Source of the DNA: Schmidtea polychroa
Lineage: Eukaryota
Direction: 5' to 3'
Length of the DNA: 64,000 nucleotides
Assembly (NCBI GenBank): GCA_044892525.1
Contig: CM097885.1
Coordinates: 43,030,001-43,094,000, forward strand
The notes under the pieces were generated by a model that was not told the origin of the DNA, ran no database searches, and was given only the letters and a program-made list of their open reading frames with translations. Position 1 is the stretch's first letter; each line of letters opens with the position of its first letter. The position numbers and the translations under genes are program-made. Below, piece after piece: positions 54,643 through 64,000 of this stretch.

Positions 54643-55696
54643 ATGGAAGGAGAAGGAAATAATATTTTAAGATGTATGATGGCTGGCGATAATGGTATAT
54701 TATTTATTTTTATTTTATTTATTTTTATATATTTATTTTGTAGATGATTTATGGTACCAGGTGACCGAGAACGAAAATGGCTTTAATTTAAATTGCACCT
54801 ATGGTAATTTTATTTTTATTTATTAATATTATTAATATTATTTAGACGTTATAATGGTGAGCGATGAGGAAGAAGAATTAATAATTATTAGTGATGATGA
54901 AGAGGAATCTCCAATTATTATTAATGATCACAACTTATCAGGTAAATTATTATTATTATTATTAGTTAATTTAAAAAAAAACTGTTTTAGGAAATAGTCA
55001 AAGAGAAAATTCCCCCAATCTTGTTGAAGAAACTGAAAATATATTAGGTGCCATGATTGAATATACACGTAAATTTTTATTATTATTATATGTAATTTTT
55101 AAAAATTGATTTAGAAAGTTCAATTATTTTGGAAGATATATATGATCCTATTATGGATGAGCTATATGCCCCTATTAATGTTGATGCCCCGGAAATTGCT
55201 GATGCTCCAGAAACTATATTATTTAATGCCCCTATTCAGGATGCCCCTATGCGGGATGATTTCGATGCCCCCACTTCAACTTGGGATGACCTCTCTGAGG
55301 ATGATACAGATTCAGATTCTGAATCTAAATGTTAGTTTTTATTTATTTTATAAATATTTATTTTAATAATTTATTTTACTAATTTCTTAAATTAAAAATA
55401 ACATTCTCTAGATTATTTAAATTATTTATAACTTAAATTATTTCAAACATAAAATTTTATATGAAAATATCGAAGAAATGATGAAATTTATATGAAAAAT
55501 GATGAAAATTATATGAAATTAATGATGAAAAATGCCGAAATTTATATGAAAAATGATGAAATTTATATGAAAAATGATGAAAATTATATGAAATTAATGA
55601 TGAAAAATGCCGAAATTTATATGAAAAATGATGAAAATTATATGAAATTAATGATTCTAACTAATCTAGAGAATGTTATCTTTATTTAAGTTTAGA

Positions 55697-55786
<90 letters not shown>

Positions 55787-56076
55787 TTATATTTTTCACA
55801 TAGTTAGTATTCAGCATGCGACTACCAACCTATGATATTAATAATATTAATAATAATTCATATGATTCATTTTAGTTTACAATTACCAATTTCAGATTAT
55901 TTTACAATTATTAATATTTATTTCATTTTTCCAGTTTTTTTTTTATTAGAAATGAAATAAATATCAATAACTGTTATAGATTTATAACAATAAATATATA
56001 GATATTTTATGTAAATTATATGAATCTGTAATAAAATGTATTAATTAATGTTATTTTTGAACAAATACAATAGAAA

Positions 56077-56120
<44 letters not shown>

Positions 56121-56339
56121 CTTTAGATTGTAATTTATTTATTTTTTAAAAATTTATTAGGCAAACTATATCAACGATATTGTCAATCCTCAATTGGACA
56201 TAGCTCTGCACTCCATAAAGTAATGAAGCTTTACTATGGTCATAGATTCTATGGCACCAACTTTTTTATTTGCCCCAAATGCGAAACTGCCCAAGATTTA
56301 AAATACATAGATTTGTATAAGGGGCACTACACCCATTAA
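54643..56339 (+). CDS. Spliced acidic protein with tandem SIM-like motifs and a C-terminal Cys/His cluster
   Basis: Exons 54643-54694, 54744-54803, 54846-54941, 54991-55068, 55115-55330 and 56161-56339, all joined by phase-1 GT-AG introns with no stop. The last exon is less certain. Confidence 0.72.
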
Positions 56340-56351
56340 AATCAATTTGTA

Positions 56352-56411
56352 TTGAATAAAAAGACCCTTTTTAATATAATTTATGCGAAAACTAATAAGA
56401 TTATTAATACA

Positions 56412-56509
<98 letters not shown>

Positions 56510-59500
56510 TAATAATAATAATAATAACAATAATAACAATAATAACAGAAATAATAGAAATAATAATACAAATAACAGAAATAATAATACAAATAACCGA
56601 AATAATACAAACAATAATAATCCAAATAATGGAAATAGTACAAATAATAATATTACAAATAATGGAAATATTAATAATATAAATAATAGAAATATAGATA
56701 ATACAAATAATAATACAAATAATCGAAATAATAAAAAATCTAAAAGACCTGCTGTAAATACTGTTCCGTGTATCCCTACTAAAATTATAAAATTATCAAC
56801 CATCGTGATAAATGATGATGAATCTGAATTATTAAATACCCAAATAGGGAGTTCGATAAACAATATAGAAAATATTCAAATAGATATAAATGATGAACCT
56901 GAAATAGAGATAGATTTAAAGGGTTCCCGTAAAAATATTCGATTTGATTTAGAACATAAAAACTTAATTCAAATCTCCCTTACGGATAAAATTATAAATA
57001 AAATTAATGTGGAAATTGAAAAGATGGGATCTGTAAAAGTCCAGTTTACAGTTCTTATTCAATTTGAAAAAGATGGAGAAATTAAAGATAATTTCTTTTC
57101 AAATAGTGCGAGTGTTTTTTCCGACAATTTTCTTATCGATGGTGTGAGTCGATTAAATGAGAAAATTGAAAAATTTACTTATTTAGGTAGCGGATGGAGG
57201 GTTGTAAAGATTAAGGAACTTGATTTTATTTTGACCACATTTTACCCTATAAGTCGATTAGCTGGCCATAGTTTTATACCTACACCAGCGGCAATATATA
57301 AAAAGAAAGCAATTGTAAACGTAAGAAACAATGATCATGCTTGTTTTATATATAGTGTTTTATCACTATTAAAGCGTGATATAATTTTAAATCATAGGGA
57401 GCGTGTTTCCAATTATACTAATTACTTAGACGAACTAAATTATGATCCCATTACTGATTGCCCAATGAGGTTATGCAACATCCCGAAATTTGAAAGAAAT
57501 AACATAGATTTAAAATTGGCAATCAATGTTTTTGAATATAAACCTACAATAACAGGGAATAAAATAAATAATGATATAGATTATGTACCTCATCATCCAC
57601 ACCTAAATATAATTCATAGATCTAAGGTTACCGAAGGGAATCCTATTAATCTTTTACTCCTACAAGACGGTGATAATTATCATTACACCGCAATTTTTAA
57701 TTTAAACCGATTAATGAATGGTCATTCAACCATCGAATGTAATACTAGAATTAGAGTTAGATGGTGCCCTCATTGTTTAAATGGTTTTTATCGGGTCAAA
57801 ACCTTTAAGGTACATGTTGCATTGTGCGCTAAAAATCAAATAGGAACCACCCTTTACACGCTCCCTAAAAATAAAAATTTAACGTTTAAAGATTATTCAA
57901 AGATGATTACTCCACCGTTCGTAATATACGCGGACTTTGAGGCTATTTTACCTGGGGATATAAATCATCACCAAATACACAAGCCGATAACAGCAGGTCT
58001 ATTATTAATTAACAATTACACTAACACAACATCATATTTTAATTTTATAGGCTTGGAATGTGTTTTTGAATTTTTAAAGAAGGTGGAGGAAATTGCTGTC
58101 ACAATAGTCCTCCCGTATTATGAAATTCATGGTAATAAAATTCATTAATACTCTGTCTTTCAATGAGGAACGGGAGTTCAACAACTGTAGGACTTGTTAT
58201 CTCTGTAAACATTTTATAAAAGAAAAGGTTAAGGACCATGATCATTTCACAGGTAAGTATCTTGGTGCTGCCTGTAGAAATTGCAATATTTCTAGGAGAA
58301 TAAACAAACAGTTACCCATTGTCTTTCATAATTTGAAGGGGTATGACTTACATCACATTTTAAAGCATGGTTTGAATGATTTTCCATCTTGGTAATTAAA
58401 TATCATTCCAACCACCACTGAAAAATTTATATCCTTGATTGTAAATATTAACAAATTGACTGTTCGTTTTATCGACAGTATGTAATTTTTTAACTCATCG
58501 TTAGCAAAGGCAGTTAAAACTCTTTCAGATTTACCTTTAACTTCTTCTGTTTTTGATGGTAGTATTGTGAGAGCAAAGGGCATATTTCCTTACAACTTTG
58601 CAACATCACTCGAAATTCTTGAATCTACTCATGAATTACCTCCGATTTGGAGTTCTGTATCTAATGAAGAATATGCTATCGCCCAAGAAATCTGGGTTCA
58701 GCAAAATTACGAAACAATGTTAGACTATATGTTAACGTACCTTAAATTGGACGTATTCCTCTTGGCAGATTATTTTCAGCAATTCCGTGCCAAAGCAATT
58801 GCTTATAACGGCCTTGAACCTTTAAACTTCTATGGAATTCCAGGTATGTCATGGGCGTCAGCGCTCATGACATTACAGGAACCTATAGAACTTTTGCAGG
58901 ACATGGAAATGTATAATTTCTACGAAGGTGGAATACGGGGTGGGTTAACATTTGTTAACAGACATTATGTAGCAAGTTCTGAAGATACAGAACTTTTGTT
59001 TATAGATATAAATAATTTATATTGTTGGGCTCTTAGCCAAAATCTTCCGTATGGTGACTTTGTTTGGGTGTATGAAAATCTGAATGATGTGTTGAGTGAA
59101 TGCGTGAATGCAGATATTGAAAACCTTCCATATGGTTATACTATGGAAGTAGACATCAATATCCCTAATCGTGTGCATGAATATTTGAATGATTTTCCGC
59201 TTGCTCCGGAAAAATGTGTCCACCTAATTCAAAGGTTGAGAAGCTTATGCTCACGCATTGGCCTAAGAAGAACCATGTTCTTCATTGGCGGCTTCTCAAG
59301 CTGTATATAGAATTAGATGCGGAAGTTGAGCATGTACATAGAGCAATTAAATTTAAACAATCAACAATTTTCAAAACATATATAGATCGAAATACTGATT
59401 TACGTTCAAAATCAACATGTGAACTGCATAGAGATCTATATAAATTATTCAATAATTGTCTCTATGGTAAATCAGTAGAGAATTTGAAAAAACGTATGAA

Positions 59501-60416
59501 TTTGAGGCTATGCAATTCATCAGTAAAGATGATTGTATACGCCTCCAAACCAACTTTCAAAAAATCAATTAAAATAGCGGATGATCTGATTGCGGTTCAT
59601 CTTAATAAAGATATTATATGTTTAGACAGGCCTAGCTACATAGGCCAATCAGTGCTAGACCTGTCTAAACTACGCATGTATCAACTGCAATATAATGAAT
59701 TGGCAAAATATAGATCCGAATTCTTATGTGATATAAATATCGTTGCCGGCGATACTGATTCGTTTTTTCTTGAGGTTAAGCACTGTAAGCTAGACACTCT
59801 TTTGCCGGCAATGATAAGAGATAATCTTCTAGATACCTCTAATTATGATCCCGCACACCCCTTATACTCGAGAAACCTTGATTCTGTGATAGGAAAATTT
59901 AAAGATGAAAGCAAAGGTCTCGGGTATAAGGAATGGGTTTTCTTAAGACCTAAGTGCTATAGTTTATTAGGTGTCAAAGATACTATGAGGGCTAAAGGGG
60001 TGAAATTAATGGGGACAGAGATTGGGCACCAGTCATATTTAGACTGCTACAATAACAACATAGAATTTGCAGTGCCGCAAACTAGGATAGGGACGTGGAA
60101 CCACCAGCTATATACCATCAAAAATAGTAAAATCGCATTGACAAATAACGATGACAAGCGATTATGGGTGGGGAAAAATAATAGTATCGCATTTGGGCAT
60201 TATTTTGGGGTTGATGCTGTAGATAGTGATCAAGTATTGGATGAAGTTGGACCGCTCTCTGTAGGTTTCAATCCAGATTTCGATGAAAGTCATCAAATAT
60301 TAGAGGAAGTCGGACCGCTTTGTGGAGGTTTCAGCCCAGATTTCGATGATAGTATCGATATAGATGTTGATATAGACGATATAATATTAACTGATGATGA
60401 TGACGACTATTATTAA
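56352..60416 (+). pseudogene. Protein-primed family B DNA polymerase, disabled
   Basis: YADFEA, FHNLKGYD, DINNLY, KLFNNCLYGK and GDTDS motifs. Frameshifts near 58140 and 59215, in-frame stops at 58393 and 58483. True start unclear because of the (AAT)n tract. Confidence 0.95.
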
Positions 60417-60599
60417 ATATATCTTCTTTAAAAACTAGACTTTTAATGTGTTCATTTTTATTTTTTATTGATGTATTAAAAACTTCGGATAGTTTTCAAA
60501 TTTAATCATTTTTAATAATTGTAATAATAACATCTTTTAATATGTGTATTTTTATTATTATTTTGAAAACATGTGATAGTTTTTAAGTTTAAACATTTT

Positions 60600-60715
<116 letters not shown>

Positions 60716-60719
60716 CTTG

Positions 60720-61140
60720 CGATATGTTGATTGTAACCAGCTATGTGGAGATTTCAGCCAAGATTTCGATGATAAGGATCAAATATTGGATGATGTTCGA
60801 CCGCTTTGTGGAGATTTCAACTCAGATTTCGATGATAGTATCGATATAGATGTTGATAATGATGAATATTATTAAAAATATATCTTTTTTTTAAAAAAAA
60901 AACTAGACTTCATGTGTTCATTTTTATTGGTGTATTAAAAACTTGTGATAGTTTTCAAGTTTAATCATTTTTAATAATCGTAATAATAACATCTTTTAAT
61001 ATTTGCATTTTTATTGTTATATTGAAAACATGTGATAATTTTCAAGTTTAAACATTTTTATTATTAGTAATGATAACTACAAGTAATATGGTCATTTTCA
61101 TTTTTATTGGTATTTTGAAAACTTGTGATAGTTTCAATTT
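60720..61140 (+). repeat. Tandem duplication of the PolB 3' end and 3' UTR
   Basis: PLCG(G/D)F...DFDDSIDIDVD and the downstream AT-rich sequence repeat about 60250-60600. Confidence 0.85.
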
Positions 61141-61217
61141 TATACATTTTTAAATAATAATAATAATAATGATAATAATAATGATGTTAATAATAATAAT
61201 AATAAAAATAAGTAATA

Positions 61218-61305
<88 letters not shown>

Positions 61306-61403
61306 CATCATGAGATGTTGAGTGTAACCAATACGGTTGTGAGCAATAACCATAAGGAGACAAAATATCTTGTCGGATAAACTCAGAGTATACCTTTGTT
61401 TGA

Positions 61404-62565
<1,162 letters not shown>

Positions 62566-62599
62566 ATAAATTACTATCCTTGTGTTAGTTGAAATTAAT

Positions 62600-63870
62600 T
62601 TAAGCAAGCACAAAGTACTGTAAGCTGCTTTCATGTTCTCTGGGAGCCCCAAAATCATTCCTCTTGCTTAACCATTTCTTTTGTATTTGAGTTGCGATCG
62701 TTGTGCTACACAGGAGCCAACGATTTCTTGCAGGCTGAGACAAACTGCAGGGATTAACAAATTCATAACTTGTATTCTTTTGTACAATTTGTAAAACATT
62801 GTAAATTATTAATAAAAGTTTTGAAAAAAGAGTTGGTTTTTGATTCACTATATTAAATAAAATACGCGCAACCACATTAAATATATTTATATTTATATTT
62901 TATCTTATTATTTATTGGAGTCATAGTGTTAAGATTAGTAGCCCCATCTTTTCGATCTTAACAATGTGATACTACCTTTCGAATTAAAGAACTTATTTAT
63001 AAATACTTTGTTTTTTATGTAAAGTTGAGATGTTACAACTTTATCCTATAATTATTGTTTTGTTTTAAAGTGCCGAAAATCACTAATAAAACCAAAGAAA
63101 CAAAAAATCAATTGAAATATTTAAATAAAAGTAATATTATCCTCAATTTTCAATTTATTATGCGGTGTCATTTAACGTCAATATCAATGTATAACAATAC
63201 AACATAAAATGTATGATGAATGAAATCTGTCCCTCTAAAAATATTAATATTTTACATTTAAAAAACTCCCCAAAAATAGTAGTTTGAATAATATAGAAAG
63301 AAACAGTTATTGATTTAAAGAAATTATTTGAAAATAGTTTGATTTACACAGTGCACACCAGTCTTAAATTTAAATTTTATTATTCTTATGTTAATTACGT
63401 TTCTGCACCCTTTTAAATGATAAAGGAAAAAATTGAAAAATTAAAATGTTTCATTCAAATAAGAAAACATGTACTTACAATGCCTTTTATACAGTTGCAA
63501 ACATTGTAGAGGAATGCCACATAATTACTATACAGAATATTATCATAGAGGAGCATACCTTGGAGTTTCCTCAATTCGCTATAATTTCGACTCTGGTCTT
63601 CTCTTGCTGCATAATAGCTCAAATATAAAGGATCAATTCCATTTGTATCGCAGTATGTTCTATGAAATAAAAGATTATTTAATTAAATAAATGAGTGATT
63701 TTAAAAATTTACTCTACCGTCTATTGCTAATAGATTAGAGATGGTTTAAAGGAAGTTAGTTGAAGCCAAAGCTTGCTAAGGATTGGCACCCTATTCAAAG
63801 ATTTACCGAGTTCAAGGCATTATATCTTGAGTATAAGACTATATATCCGCAAAGCTCAATTATATAGAAG
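62600..63870 (-). CDS. Probable host exons (Cys-containing, product unclear)
   Basis: Less AT-rich open segments such as NPCSLSQPARNRWLLCS and HRTYCDTNGIDPLYLSYY, bounded by plausible GT/AG sites. Model not resolved. Confidence 0.4.
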
Positions 63871-64000
63871 GGCTTTTAAGTCTTCCAGATTCAAAAAACT
63901 AACTTTTATATGATTGAATAACAATAAAATCAGCATAAATTCATTTTGAAGTGAAATAAAATTTAAAAAGACTAAAAAAGACTAAAGGCATGAGATATTT

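Noticed and set aside
54785..54850. Possible Rb-binding LxCxE motif in the acidic gene (LNCTYD)
   Set aside because: Spacing does not match the consensus.
55492..55689. MKNDENY repeat ORF
   Set aside because: Minisatellite within the predicted long intron of the acidic gene.

Overview
AT-rich animal genomic DNA with very short (about 35-50 bp) spliceosomal introns, dominated by mobile elements sitting in and around minus-strand EGF/TSP1 host genes. The main feature is a complete 17.9-kb Polinton/Maverick (adintovirus-like endogenous dsDNA virus) at 44661-62565, with AGTAG...CTACT termini, 1.0-1.2-kb TIRs and a 6-bp ATAAAT target-site duplication. It encodes a packaging ATPase, integrase, minor and major capsid proteins, core proteins, a cysteine protease and a disabled protein-primed PolB. 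It also carries an unusual accessory set, partly hidden by introns: a TATA-binding-protein-like gene, a spliced Bcl-2 homologue, a six-exon acidic SIM/zinc-finger gene and a secreted, possibly GPI-anchored protein. The window holds further Polinton-related loci: a 10.7-kb non-coding element with 2.5-kb TIRs and its own 6-bp TSD (13566-24228), a remnant with a Bcl-2 pseudogene (about 4100-7139) and a PolB remnant with a terminus (37909-41255). Other elements are two Gypsy LTR retrotransposons, a Tigger transposon, a LINE RT fragment, hAT and Helitron fragments, and an ankyrin exon array. All calls come from motif reading by eye; no database searches were run.
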